A DNA stretch of 63,575 nucleotides, the filler included, from Hausera hauseri (taxonomy: Eukaryota), in NCBI GenBank assembly GCA_046269625.1. It is 12 parts of 12 records of this genome, joined end to end, with 100 filler letters (N's around TTAATTAATTAA, not from the genome) between each part and the next. Parts side by side here need not be neighbours in the genome. Positions count along the whole stretch, not along the records: positions 25,251 to 30,777 come from JBJURY010236184.1; positions 30,878 to 36,416 come from JBJURY010233629.1; positions 36,517 to 40,884 come from JBJURY010614110.1; 9 more parts are not named here. The stretch is one strand, 5' to 3'. Shown here piece by piece: positions 25,490 to 38,640 of the stretch. The notes under the pieces were generated by a model, which searched no databases, was not told where the DNA came from, and saw nothing but the letters and a program-made list of their open reading frames with translations. Positions within the stretch are counted from its first letter, which is position 1. Each line of letters begins with the position of its first letter. The position numbers and the translations under genes are program-made.

Positions 25490-25915
25490 GAATTGATCAC
25501 AAAATCTGAATACTTAGCAGGCAAACGAGTTGTTCTTTGTGGTCTCTTGTTGACTACATTGATCTGCGTGCAACTCATTTCATTTCCACTAAAATTGCTA
25601 TCTCCATCAACGTTTTCTGACCAGAATCTTCCACGTCATTAGAAAAATTATGGGAAACATAAGGAGACATTAACCACTTCTCGCCCGTTCCACGTACTTC
25701 ATCTCCATTGTCGTACCGACGTATCATATCTGATACGTGGCTGGGAAGAGTTGTTTCACCATATTTGCAAGACGAAAATTGATTTTCGATGGTCCATGGA
25801 ATTTAACTTTCTGTACACCACATTTTTTACGTGTTTGACTCACATCAAATCGCCCTTTTGAAACAGGATCTGTAATTGCCGTAATTGCCCATCTATCCTT
25901 TTCACTGTTCAACGA
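25490..25915 (-). pseudogene. Possible Gypsy integrase C-terminal remnant
   Basis: KFHGP..I...TYQI (GPY/F-like) followed by RPQRTTRLPAKYSDF, a typical integrase tail. Confidence 0.45.
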
Positions 25916-26107
25916 TTCCTCTCGACAATTCTATTACTTCAGATCGATTTACAGGTTGAAATCCTGTGCATATTTTCCACTTTTCCATCATCTTATTGAA
26001 CCTCGCTGACCTAAATATCAAATAATTATTAACCAATATTTCCCCAGAAGAAACAAATTCATTAAATACTGATTCCATTTAAAAGAAGAAAGACTCCACA
26101 GCAACCC

Positions 26108-27040
26108 TCAAGTTATTGTTGGACTGAAAGTTTTCACTCGTAAATGCTGTCTAAAGAACCAAAAGTCGGTCGGTACCAAATCTGGACTGTATGGCGGGTG
26201 GTTCACAAGCGTCAGTCCTGCAGCTTTAATTGTGATCCGAGAAACAACTGCCGTATGTACTGGCGCACTATCTTGCAAGAACCATAGTGGCATGTTGTTG
26301 CAACGAACAAACTGTAATATGCGGAGTTGATTTTGATGCCGCTATCCGCAAAGTCCGTGTGGTTGATGCACTTTTGGTCCCAGAACACGCCCGTCTATGG
26401 CTTGCCCTTGTCCGCACATTCAAAGATGGCTTCTCTCCAGGCAATTTTCACTCCGCCGACTCACCTTTGGTTTCAGGCAAGTATATGCTAGGTGGAGTTT
26501 CATTGCCAGTAAAGTCTCCCTATGTTCATAAAGAGCCAATTTGTTCTGACAACTTTCCATTAGGTTTTGCATCATCTCACCAGTCAAGAAGCGGGGAACA
26601 AATCTTGAACATAGTTTTCTGATGCCCAATACCGAGGCTGATATTCCGTCGGGTTGCCAGGGATCTCGTGGTGATTCGACGCTCTTCTTCTGCGATTTTC
26701 GGCAATTTTTCATTTACGGAGTTAAAAATTTCTCTCAGACGGCCTTCTATTTATTCATCAAATACTGAGGTGCGTCCACCTGCAAACTCTCTCACCCAAT
26801 ATTTCACAGTTGTTAGTGATGAGCATCGTCCAGGTATGTCGACTACAGAAGCTCAAGGATTTCTCTGAGTGTTTTCTTCTGTAATACGAAAAACTTGATT
26901 ACACTGCTATATTCAACCTCTGACATCATGAATAAAACAAAGAAAACCTATACAGATATAGGTGTTCTTGCAAAAAGTGTCAGGTCCTTAGCCACATTTT
27001 TCTCTTGTTAGGTGGGGTACTTATTGAGCGCACCATGTAC
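26108..27040 (-). mobile_element. Degraded mariner transposon
   Basis: RKLCSRFVPRFLT (WVP motif), LQDSAPVH, HPPYSPDLVPTDFWFF. TIR-like TACATGGTGCGCTCAATAAGTACC on the minus strand at ~27015-27039. Confidence 0.88.
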
Positions 27041-30000
27041 CTCATGGTTTAATTCACACAAATAACAATCTTCATCAAAATGAAATGCTCGATCCACAAA
27101 TATCACTTAACGAACTCTGGAAATTCTATACAGAAAATATGTAATAGATTCTTTTCAGTGTTGCTTAAATCATCGTTTAAACAAAACATTTTATCCATTA
27201 AAACGTTATTCATCACGCAACGCAAAGATCTGTTCATAAGTTTCCCACTGGGCCCATTCATCTTCAAACTTTTTAGTTTTGATGTCGACTCGTTTTGTCG
27301 AATACACCAAATCACCTGAAGGAAACGTCTTCCCACGAATTTATTTCCCGTTCCGACCATCGTGACCCCTTTAGTCTCACATTCCCTTCTCCTATTTTCC
27401 AGTCCGTCCATCATGACCCTTTCAGACATACAAATATCTCCCCCATTATACACCCCAAGTCGATACCCGGAAAAACAACATAATAACAGCAATCAATGAT
27501 ATTATTAAACTTAACTTTAACCAAAATCACCGTCATAATCCTTGTCTCACCACCGACACCAAGCCTAGCACAGAAACGACGGCGTCTATCTCGATATCTC
27601 GTATATAAGTCGTCGGCCAAAATTCTCGTTGCTCTCGAACACTGCGAAGAATACTGACTACCAAATGAAGACTTTTGGAAGAAGCGACTGTTGACGATAC
27701 TGTTAATAAATTTTATAAAACTGAGGTTAACTATGAGTGACTGATGAGTCAAGCTTGATCTCCTGGGTATCATGCTACAACTGTAATGGATCTTGTCACC
27801 TTCCCCATTTTGCTGGTGCACTCTCAATGATCATAACATAGAATGAGAAAATTTAGATGAGAATTCACTTGTTATAGTGGAAATATAATTTACTGAACTG
27901 CGGTGACCTCGCACAATACATTCTACATTTAATGTCAATTGTTCAGTTGGTGGAATTCTAAGAGAGAGACATAGCCTTAAAGGTAACTTAAATCCTTTTA
28001 CATTACACTAAATTTCCTGGCGAAAAGAATTTTGTATCCATAACCCCATAGATTTATGCTGTATTTCTCTAGACGTGAGAGAATAAATTGCAAAGATCGA
28101 ACAACCCATATTAGGTTGCCACATGATAATATAATTCCAGCGTTTTGCGTTTGTTTCTTTTAATTTCACTTTTCTTTCATTTTTTACCAGTATATGACCT
28201 TCGACTCTTTGTTTTATAATATCAAGTATCATATCATCAGAATTCCACAGTGAATTGTTAGGTGGAGGGCACGATTTCATCGAATTTACCATGATTATCA
28301 CATCCAACGCGGATTTTTCAATATCCATCTTCATTAAAATAACTGACATTAATTGTCAAACCTTTTTTAAATTTCAAAATTTTGAATTTTTTATTGATAT
28401 GTAATTTCAATTATCATTATTATTATTCATGTTAATCTACTATTAATGGGCCGTCGCCAGGTCTGCAGCCCTGGGTGAGAAACACAGAGAGGTAGTAGAT
28501 GCTTAAATCGATATATGGACCTAAAGTACGTATAGTATTGGCGAACTAATTATTTTAGTTTCTCGGATGTCGACTAACAAAACACTATATTTTCCATACA
28601 TGTTTTCATATTCAGGCACCTATGTCTCCCTCAAAACAGACTCTGTCCTCCATAACTCATTTCTTTATATACAAATTAATTTTACACATACATACATCCA
28701 TAAATACATACATTCTATATACATGTATACACGCACGCACCTTTTTATTTACACTAATTTTGACTTTTGAACAAACTTTTTCCGGATTCCCAGCTAATCA
28801 GTCGGGTCACAACAAACTCGTTGCTGTTGGCAGTAATGCTCTACGAATTTTAGCAGAGGAATCTCAGTCGAATACTGCTGGGGATTTTTTTCATCAAGCA
28901 ATGGTCCTGCAACATCAAAAATCTTATCATTATCACCATAAGAAGGTAGCTGTAATTCCTGCCGCTACTCTTGGTTTTTCAAATTAGTGTAGCGACTTCA
29001 TTGAGAAGACAAACATTTGTCAAGAGAATCCCATTTATTATCATCAATATCCCAGTGATTAATCATTACAAAATCAGTCAGATAATTTCATTTCTAATTC
29101 CAAATTTCTTGCCAACTCATTGCAAGCTCAGCTCATGCAGAATCATGGTGCAGGTAAATGGCTAAAACATCTATAATTTTTCTGTCAACAATTCAGTATT
29201 GGTTCTGTTCCACCTTTTCTTAACAAATTTGATAACAACAGTTCGTCACTGTCAGACAATCATTTGCAAATTATACAACAGAAGAATTATGAATATCGGG
29301 ATGCTGTTTCTGAAAGTTCCGCGCATTCTCCGGAAGCAATAATGTCAGAACTCACACGGATATATTGCAATTAACTAACCACAGATTGAATAAAATTTTC
29401 GTTTTGTCAATCTACAGAACTTTTCTTTGTTAGGTAAGTAACTAACTCATTTCAATCTTAATTTGCTATTGTTACGATACACTTCTAAACCGAGTTCATC
29501 ACCAAGAAGCCTTTCTGGTTCATTGGATAGTAATCCGTTCCAAAGTAAATGTCTTTTTACTTCTTCCACAGTTTCAACACTTTCATCAAAGCATATACCA
29601 TAAGGGTATGAATCTGTCGCTTTCATAACATCCTGCCTCAATTACAACACCTTTTAAACAATTAACAACCGTTGGCCCGATGTTTAAACCAAATTCCATT
29701 CTTGTCAAACAATAACTTTTCCCTTCGTGCATTACAGTTTGATACGATCACACCGGTCTCAGTTTGAAGAAATATCGTGAGAATTTGAATTTGTATGATA
29801 GTTTCCGTTGTAGAATAGCTAATTAATTTGAACAGACTATAGAAACCTGTACATAATTAATTATTAATCAGTTAGAATGTTGAAGTTAAAATTACCTCGT
29901 ATTAATTGGTGTCTTAATTGAATTTGTCAATTGTTTATCAGAAAAGAATTAGTTAATTGTATCCAACATGAATAGAAAAATCGTGAATAAATAATTTCCA

Positions 30001-30878
30001 TCGAAATAAACATAAGAAAGTTGTGAATAATTGAAAACCCTGATTCGGTGCATAGTATATATACGCAACGAGAAGTAGAGTAAAAGAAGAGTTGAGTTGA
30101 ACGATTTGATGCAGTGTGCCGACCGGAGAAAACGAAATTCAAACCTATCGATATTGGACTCNNNNNNNNNNTAACTGTTGTATCTATTGGTAATTACTAT
30201 TGATCAATATATTGTTTATCTTTTAAAATTCGCTTATAGTTTCGCACTGCTCCTTAAAAGTAGTTAGAGGATCCACTAGGTCTTAAAATTGTGTAATTTG
30301 TATAGTTGAGAGGAGAACTTATTTTAAAATTTGCACAGGACCGCACGCATTTCCAAACATTCTAAAAAGAGACACATTCGTTTAACGAGAACGTTAAACT
30401 GAACTTGCCTAAGATAATCCTTAAATTCAAGTGTAACTACGTCATATTTGAGAGTTGCATAGGGCCCACCCAACTATAACACCATACAATATATAAAATA
30501 TACTCCTTATATTAAACTTATCAAAATTTCCATTTTTGTTCATTGAGTAAATATTCGTTAATTAAAGTCGATAAGTCAAAGGATTTTTTACTACAGTATT
30601 TTTTTCGGCAAATTGCAAAGGTGCTTGTTGTTTACAAGTTAAATTGTAGATAGTTATTTCAGTAAACTGAGATGCACTGATTTGAAGTAAACGATATTTA
30701 TTTCGGGATTTTGAACAATTCGGTTTGGAGGAATATTGAACACTGATAATTTTGACCAGTTTGATGAGCTATAGGCTNNNNNNNNNNNNNNNNNNNNNNN
30801 NNNNNNNNNNNNNNNNNNNNNTTAATTAATTAANNNNNNNNNNNNNNNNNNNNNNNNNNNNNNNNNNNNNNNNNNNNT

Positions 30879-33800
30879 TTGTGCCCAACGTGCAGTAGAA
30901 TTGCGGCCCCTTGTCCATACCCCGACTTTTATGCGATGCACAAGCATCATCTTGGCCCGCTTACGCGTGCAAAGATGATGGTTGTGCATTGCCCCACATA
31001 TCCGCGATACTGTAGTAGTAAAGTGCATGACGTTGATGGTTGCCATAGTGTAATTGAGCAGTACAATGGAGCCAGAATAGTGCACGGTAAACGGGCCTAC
31101 GTTTGTCCCGGTTGTTCTATAGTTAATGAAATCAACTATGAACAATTACATAACCAGCACAAGGACCACTTGAACCAGTTTCAGCGATCCAAAAAGGAAA
31201 TAGTGATGGCGACAAGAAAAACCAGTATCCTCTCAACAAATAGGAAACGTCAGGCCTCAACAAGTCTTGACAAATATATCCGAAACAGTACCGAGCAGCA
31301 GCAGCAACAGCAGGAACCTTCCATTTCTGTCAAATACGATCTAAACAAATCGTACGTGGACATGAAAGCAAACATGTCGGGGACAACAATACTACAGCTG
31401 AGGCATATTCCGTCCAGCGTGAACAACCGGTTTGAATTGGAAATAGAGAAATTCCAACACCAACGTTGCAAAGTGCAATTGCAATGTGCACTTGCAGAAT
31501 TTAAAAATGTTGAAGGTGGCAGGAAACAATGGTACATATCACATCAAGCTGCACCATATTCGGAAGATTTTATCGCCGATGTAGTCAAAAAGCTGGATAA
31601 AAAAATCGTCAATTATACCGAAAAGGGTAGTGGCTGGCGAATTATAAAAATTGCCACTATCAGCTTTACCATAACAAAGTGGAGTGATATGATATATTTG
31701 TCTGGGCGATCATTCATACCGACACTTGCAGCTCTAAAGCAGTCTCTGTCGGTAGTGAATGTACAAAATACCGACGACGAATACTGTTTTATTTACAGTA
31801 TTCTGGCTATACTAAAATACGACGAAGTGGTTAGAAATCATGCAAATCGTACAAAGCAGTATCGGCTGTATTTTTCCGAATTGCAATTTGATGAAAGCTG
31901 GATGCCGATGAAACTGAAAAACATTCCAATTTCAGAACGGCGTAATCAGACGCTGTCAATCAACGTTTTCCGGTACAACACAATAATTGAAATACCAAAA
32001 GACGAAGAAATTTATAAGAACCTCCATGTGAACATAATTTATCGCAGTCGAAACTCGAATGGACGCTCGGTAAATTTGTCCCTGTTTGAGCAGGCCGAAA
32101 AATTTCATTACGTGGCAGTGACAAATCTGAATAGACTGTTAAACATGGAGCATGACCAGTTCATCAAAAAGCGAAAGCGATGCAAATGGTGCCTTGTATG
32201 TCTGCATGGATACAGGTCAAAAACAACATTGGAGAAACATGTGACGCTGTGCAAGCAGAATTCAACTGGAACAACCATGTACGTCATGCTACTCAAAACG
32301 GAGCTCCGATTCAGTGATTGGTCGAAAACGGCAGTCCGGCATGTGGTATATGCCGACTTTGAGGCAATTCTATCACTGCACAACGTGTACGATCAAAAAC
32401 ACGTTCCAATCGCCGTTCGTATGTTGGTTATCCTAATAAAAGCGGTCGATCAGCCGCGGTATTACGCCTTTCACGGCTGAAACTGAGTACGTGATTTCTT
32501 GCAGCAGTTGCAAACCATAGTGGAAACTGAAATCGCACTCTGGTACAGTAGAAATAGTAATAAACCCTTGATGTGGACAGATGAAGATGAACGTCTGACG
32601 TTTATAGTAACAGATGAATATTACCTGCGCCACAAAATATTACCGTTTCACGCACTGGAACAACTCGTACCGGAACACGATCATTTTACTGGTCGATATC
32701 TCGGAGCAGCATGTAATTCATGCAATTTGGCAAGGCGTGTGCGGCTATTCTTACCAGTGATCATTCATAATTTTCGAGGTAATGATTGCCACCATATACT
32801 GAAATGGGCCATTCATGGATTTCCACACTGGAAACTGTCAGTAATCCAACAACAATGGAGAAACACTTGTCCCTGTCAGCATGCATAAACCGGTTCCAGC
32901 TACGCTTCCTCGACTCATTGCAATTTCTCAATGAGTCTCTAGCAAAGCTCGTAAATGCCTTGCCGGATGTGCCGTTAACATTGACGCAATTTCCCACACA
33001 TTGCACGTAGCAAAGGCATATTCCCACATGACTTTGCAACATCACTTGAGCGACTTCGGACAAGAGAGGAATTTCCGCCACGATGACAGGTATCGCAGAA
33101 GATGAATACCGGAAACCACAGAGGTGTTGGACAAAACAGGTTGCAGAAACATGTTGGAGTACATTTTTCAGTATCTCAAACTGGACGTGTACCTATTATC
33201 CGATGTGTTTCAGACATTTCGAGCTAAAGCGTTGGCTGAATTTAGGCTGGGGCCACTCAACTTTTATTCCATATCGGGAATGAGTTTGGCGTCAGCTCTA
33301 ATGTCACTGGATCGAGACATTGAGCTGCTGCAAGACCCGGAAATGTACCGACTGTTTGATGTTGGTATTCGCGGCGGCATGGCATCTGTCAACAAGCATC
33401 AGATCTGCCCTACCGATACCACATCACTACTATATACTGACATTAATAACCTGTGCGGCTGGGCGCTTTCGCAACCCTTGCCGTACGGTTCATTCGAATG
33501 GGTAGTCGATAGACAAGATCTGGACGACATAATGGTCAAACTACCACGAGCAGACATGGCAGGATCAGTCGGATACCTGATGGAAGTCGATGTCGTGGTA
33601 CCAGATGAGCTCATGACGTTTTGGACGATTTGCCGGTCGCACCATTTAATCAATGTTCGCCAGGCTCAAGTAAACAAACTGCTCATGAAGCATGAATTGA
33701 AGCTGAATTACGTGGTCCATTGGAGTCTGCTACAGTTCTACATGCAGCTCGGTATACGCGTCACACAGCTGCATAGTTCAATACGATTTGCTCAGGTCCC

Positions 33801-34648
33801 ATATTCAAAGCGTACATAGATGGAAATTCGGAGAAAGGTGCCGCAGCTTGTACAAAGTTCGAAAAGGACTACTAGAAGCTGAAAAACAATTCTCTGTACG
33901 GAAAAGCAGTGGAGAATCTGAAAAAGCTGCTCAATGTGCGCCTATGCAATAGCGAAAAGCGGTTGGTCATACAAGTAAGGTGCAGTTTCGGCGGTCAATG
34001 ACCATTGCCGATAGATTGGTTGCGGTGCTGTTAAACAGCGAAGTCGTTCTGGACCGGCCAAGTTACATCGGACAAATGGTATTGGACCTGTGCAAGTTGC
34101 GGATGTATGAGCTACAGTATCGTGATTTGGCACGTTACTGGCAAATGTTTGACAGCTGTAACATTAGTATAATTGTCGGTGACAGTTTTTTCCTGCGGCT
34201 GAAAAAAGTCAATCGCGAACAGCTACTGCGGCAAATGCAGTCAGATGGATTACTGGACACGTCCAACTATCCACCGGATCATTCGTTGTACAGTATTGCG
34301 ATCACCAAAATCGGCTGCTTCAAGGATGAAAGTGAAGGCAGGGTTCAGCATCGGGAATGGATATTTCTACGGCCAAAATGTTATAGCCTTTTAACTGACG
34401 GTGGACCGAAAATGCGCGCCAAAGGAGTTCAGTTGGCCCAGACAAAAATAAACCACGGTGATCATCGCCGTATCTATGAAGAAAAAGGACAAACAAAGGC
34501 TGTTATATCACAAACGCCCATGCGATCGATTTAGCACCAGCTGTATACGGTGACCAATACAAAAGTCGCTTTATCATGCAATGATGATAAGCGTAAGTAG
34601 GTGAGGCGAAATAAGAGTTTGGCGTACGGATATTGGCGTTTGGAATAA
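30879..34648 (+). pseudogene. Protein-primed family B DNA polymerase (pPolB, EndoVII/HNH-containing class) of a Polinton/adintovirus, frameshifted
   Basis: KGSGW, vOTU-like DEYCFIYSILA...FHYVAV, C2H2-like CLVC..H, ExoI VYADFEA, HNH-like DHFTGRYLGAACNSCNL, ExoII IHNFRGND, FLDSLQF, ExoIII YLKLDVYLL, motif A YTDINNL, motif B KLKNNSLYGK, GCFKDE, LRPKCY, AKGV, DDKR, AYGYW*. Confidence 0.95.
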
Positions 34649-34844
34649 AACACGCACGCATGAATTCGGTGAAGACAGATCAAATTACTGTGACAATTCA
34701 TTGTAATCTGTTTGTTTTGTATAAATAATGTATATTATTTCTTGTTTTTGCCTTTTGTTTTATTATCATTTAATTTATCTATTTAACTTAATGTGAAAAG
34801 AAACAATATGAAAAATAAACAAAACCAATAAAATTTATTAATCA

Positions 34845-35336
34845 TCATAAGCTAAAATCAAAAGCAAAGTAAGTCAAATCAGTGTAAACTTTCCCAGCTT
34901 CCATATTGGTGATTTGACGCCGTGTAGATCCTTGTATTCTTTCAACTTCAATGTTAGATGGCCTTTAGCTCCTTCCGGTGCCAAAACTGCTTTAGTGCTG
35001 CTGCTGTTTCTCCACCATGTGAACCGACAATTTTCGCAATATTTCCTTTGAGAAAAATCGACGATATATCGCGGATATCGTTACTCAACACCAAATCACT
35101 GTCAACTTTTCTAATAGTGTCTTCCATTGTATCCAAATCATCGTCGCTGATCTTTTTCACCAATAGATTATATTTCACCGGATTGATTTTGACCGTTTGA
35201 GTCAATGGGAATTGAATAGCGTTGTGCAGATAATGTAAGTTGTATCCATTACACAACCGAGAATTTCTGAGCGACTATTTGCTGTACCGTGGCTTTTTGA
35301 GAGACTGTCACTTGCTGAATTGTTTTCCAAAGGCAT
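34845..35336 (-). pseudogene. Unknown Polinton accessory ORF, frameshifted, convergent on pPolB
   Basis: A 100-aa ORF at 34954-35256 with coding-like flanks. It lies between the pPolB 3' AT-rich region and the DEDD-like gene. Confidence 0.4.
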
Positions 35337-35635
35337 TTGTTAAATAAGACAAACGTGAAATGAAATTGCATTCATAATTGTATCAAAGGTTTGTTCTCAT
35401 TGTAAACAATAGATATTTACTTTGTGAGTTTTGTCTCATATCACAATGATACAAATTGCCTCAATGTTACTGAAGTCATTCGTAATAAATGTGTACAATT
35501 TCCATTATAGTCCATGATTACTATTATTATAACCTACACGTATTTATGGTTTTGGAATTATTCAACTGACCAATACTGCTAAACATGACAGGAACATTAT
35601 TTACAGAAAGAAGGAAATACGTACATATATTTATT

Positions 35636-36125
35636 TATTTGCAGGAAACATAGTCAATACAAAGCTGTAGACATTTTTGTAAGCATAATGTGGTTCATGA
35701 TCACAATACGGACATCGGATATCGTCAGGTACCATTGCCAGTGAGTTGTTCGATGTTGTTGAATACGTCGTCATTCGCAACTCTGGAAACTGTAAATGGA
35801 GTTCTGTAAACTTTTGTCAGTCAATTTGATTTTTAATGTAAAATATTGTATTTTCATTGTCAAAACAATCACAAATGTCGCCCATAAGACACGTCGCACA
35901 GAAAATTGAATTGCCGTTATACCAATGAAATCTATGACGATGTCGAAAGAGAAATCTGTTTGTAATTTTCGCTTTTTCTGTCAGGTCATTCCACACAATA
36001 CCGGACTTGAATATGTAAACAAGCGGTTCTAAAATATTACAAACGTCCATAATGCATAATTCCTTTATTACGTACCGGGCATTATCATCTTGGAAAGCTT
36101 CAATATCTATAAATCCTGTCGCCAT
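35636..36125 (-). pseudogene. DEDD-type 3'-5' exonuclease-like accessory protein with C-terminal Cys/His cluster
   Basis: FIDIEAF....YVIKELCI, W..L...AKITNRFL..HRHRFHW..G, FYIK, then past one TGA: CPYCDHEPHYAYKNV. This pattern is familiar from invertebrate Maverick accessory ORFs. Confidence 0.68.
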
Positions 36126-36202
36126 TACTTATCATTTACAAAATCATTTTTGTTTTTAACACAAGCATAAACAACTAACTAATATTATTAATATCACAAT
36201 CA

Positions 36203-36416
36203 TTAAACATAGGTGGTTTTGTCCATATCACCAAAGCCAAATTCTTTGCGTTCAATTCGTTTCGATTCATTGACGCAAAACAATCCCCATTCCGGTAACA
36301 GTGCGCTGAATTCCGCTTCTTCACATCGACGAAAAATGTTTTGTGCGATTGCACTGCCTTTCGAAAAAGCATACGGTTCCCCGGATTGGTTTTCCAGCAA
36401 CACCTTAATTTCACCA
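36203..36416 (-). CDS. dUTPase, C-terminal half (5' end cut by contig end)
   Basis: GEIKVLLENQSGEPYAFSKGSAIAQ (end of motif III to motif IV) and RKEFGFG (motif V-like). Confidence 0.82.
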
Positions 36417-36516
36417 NNNNNNNNNNNNNNNNNNNNNNNNNNNNNNNNNNNNNNNNNNNNTTAATTAATTAANNNNNNNNNNNNNNNNNNNNNNNNNNNN
36501 NNNNNNNNNNNNNNNN

Positions 36517-37030
36517 CTTAAAACTGATGTGCTACGTCTCGCCGACTTATTCGAGCGTTTCAGGAATGTTACCAAGGAAAATAACAAACTGGACCCACAT
36601 ATTTCTTTACTGCTCCGGGAATGTCATGAGCAGCAATGCTCAGATAAATTGGAGTTAAATTGCATATACTCAAGGACTACAATGTGATATTGATGCTGGA
36701 AATGGAAATCGTGGAGGAATTTGTAAAGTAGTTCATCGGCATGCGGAGGCAAATAATCATTATGTCTAATTATGATGAAACAAAACCATCATCTATTATC
36801 ACATATCTGGTTCTAACAACTTATACGGTTGGCAATGAGTCTCAGCTTCCTATATGATATTTTTAAATGGGTAGAATATCCGGACAAAATAGATATCATG
36901 AGCATTACCGATGGTGCTGATATAGGATATATCTTTGAGGTAGATATTCACTAAGATTGGCTTCAACATGCAAAACATGATCAGTTGCCTATTATGGGCA
37001 CCAATGTTAATGGGAAAAGATAAACTCAGA
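36517..37030 (+). pseudogene. Second pPolB fragment (ExoIII to motif A), different subfamily
   Basis: LKTDVLRLADLFERFR, LDP, TAPGMS, RGGIC..HRHAEANN.Y..YDETKPSS.I.YL, NNLYGW, GYIFEVD. Heavily frameshifted. Confidence 0.85.
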
Positions 37031-37898
37031 CGTCGCTTTGTTGGTTTGTTCACGAACGTAAAATAAAATGTACATAAATTATCTCCAAACGAATCTGTTG
37101 CTATTTGCACTGGTTTTTATCTTATATTTAATTATTGAAAACATTGTGATCATTTGCATTTTGACAGAAGAATGAATAATCCAAACCTCAGCAGTTTCAC
37201 GACTGGACACACTTATTGAAAGTGATACTACAAATTTTTAAATATAGGCAAAATCCGATGGATAATCGTAGAACTCAATCAAACAGAATTTCTGCGTTAA
37301 AAATGGCTAAAAGATAAGCAAAATTCAAATCATGTATTTCGTTAAAACAAACCCATCTTTTCTCAAATGGAATATTTATTCACATGCTTATGACTAGAAA
37401 GATCACAAAAAGGCAAAACTATTTTCAATCAAAATATTACACTTCAGAAAGCCGTTCAACTACACAAAACGAATAAATATTTGAAAATTAAAATCCAATA
37501 CATAACAAAAGAAAGCGAGATACATCGAGAAAGCAAGAAAGAGAAAGAACATCAGTTGTAATTGGCATCGAAAATTAAGTTAAAAATGTTGGAAATAGTG
37601 CACCAAAGACGTACGAAATTTCATTTGACAAATTTGAGAAATTAATAAAAGATCCCAAAACCATCATTTTCTGATGAGAAAATTGAAAAAACCCCACTGT
37701 TGAACAGAGTATGTTTGATAAGACGTGAGACAAAAATAACACGTATCTGAGACAAAAAGAATTTTGGCAACATGTTGAAGCAATTTGTTTGCTGTAATAT
37801 GTACTGCTCATTAACGATTGTGAGTTGTTGTTTTCAGTCGGCTGGCGGATCCTGTTGCGGCTGTCAATACTTCGAACCATCTACCATATGTATACTGG

Positions 37899-38640
37899 CT
37901 ACCTCCTTTCTGTAACAAACTGCCTCTGTTGACCATAAACTGTGGCCGGGACTCTTTCAGTTACATTAGATTCAGGCACGGTATTCTGAAAACGAACGAC
38001 GTCCCGTTGAAACTTCTGTATAAGATCCTGCATATGCTGCAATAATCTTCCGAGGGTTTGCCAATATTGAAGAATACAATGATCCGGTCCTAGGAAATAG
38101 TAATCCAGAGGGAGATAGCAAACTTTCTGAGATTCAAACTTTCTTATGTCTCTTAAATCCTGATTACATCTGATACTTTCATCAAGTGTTAATAAAATGC
38201 TCTCAGCTGACTCCATATACTGTTTGTACATAGGAATAATACAAAGATTTTCTTTTTTGAGAATGTCGTCAACTTTATACATAGGATTAACATCTAGTGC
38301 AGTTTTCTGTCATACAAAATCGGAGTCGTTAATATCCGTATTACTGAGACCAAGATTGGATTTAGAATCTGATCTAGAAGCGTATGGCAAATTTGCAGAA
38401 CTAAGTTCATTCATAATCCGATTTTTGAGCTCTTTCAGTATCTGTGTATGTTGTTCATGAATAGGATCTAGGAGTCTGAATATGACTCTTGCAATACTTT
38501 CTGGAAGTCGGCTTTTAACATCAACCACATTTCCACTGGCAACGGCTTTCCGAAACCAAATACACATAATATCTAAACTTCTTTTGTGAGTACGTTCAGT
38601 ATTGATTATTTCTTTGATTACATGATATGGCTTGTCAAGC
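37899..38640 (-). pseudogene. FARP1/2-like RhoGEF (DH domain), disrupted
   Basis: DKPYHVIKEIINTERT and FESQKVCYLPL..YFL.P.H....Y...LGRL match FARP-family DH motifs (DKAYFIAKE...TERT; FELQKVCYLPLN). Stop at 38310. Confidence 0.8.

Noticed and set aside
27080-29900. Several short ORFs (27103-27492, 28008-28349, 29447-29641), with hints of WD40 or NHL-like words
   Set aside because: Motif support is too weak to name a product.
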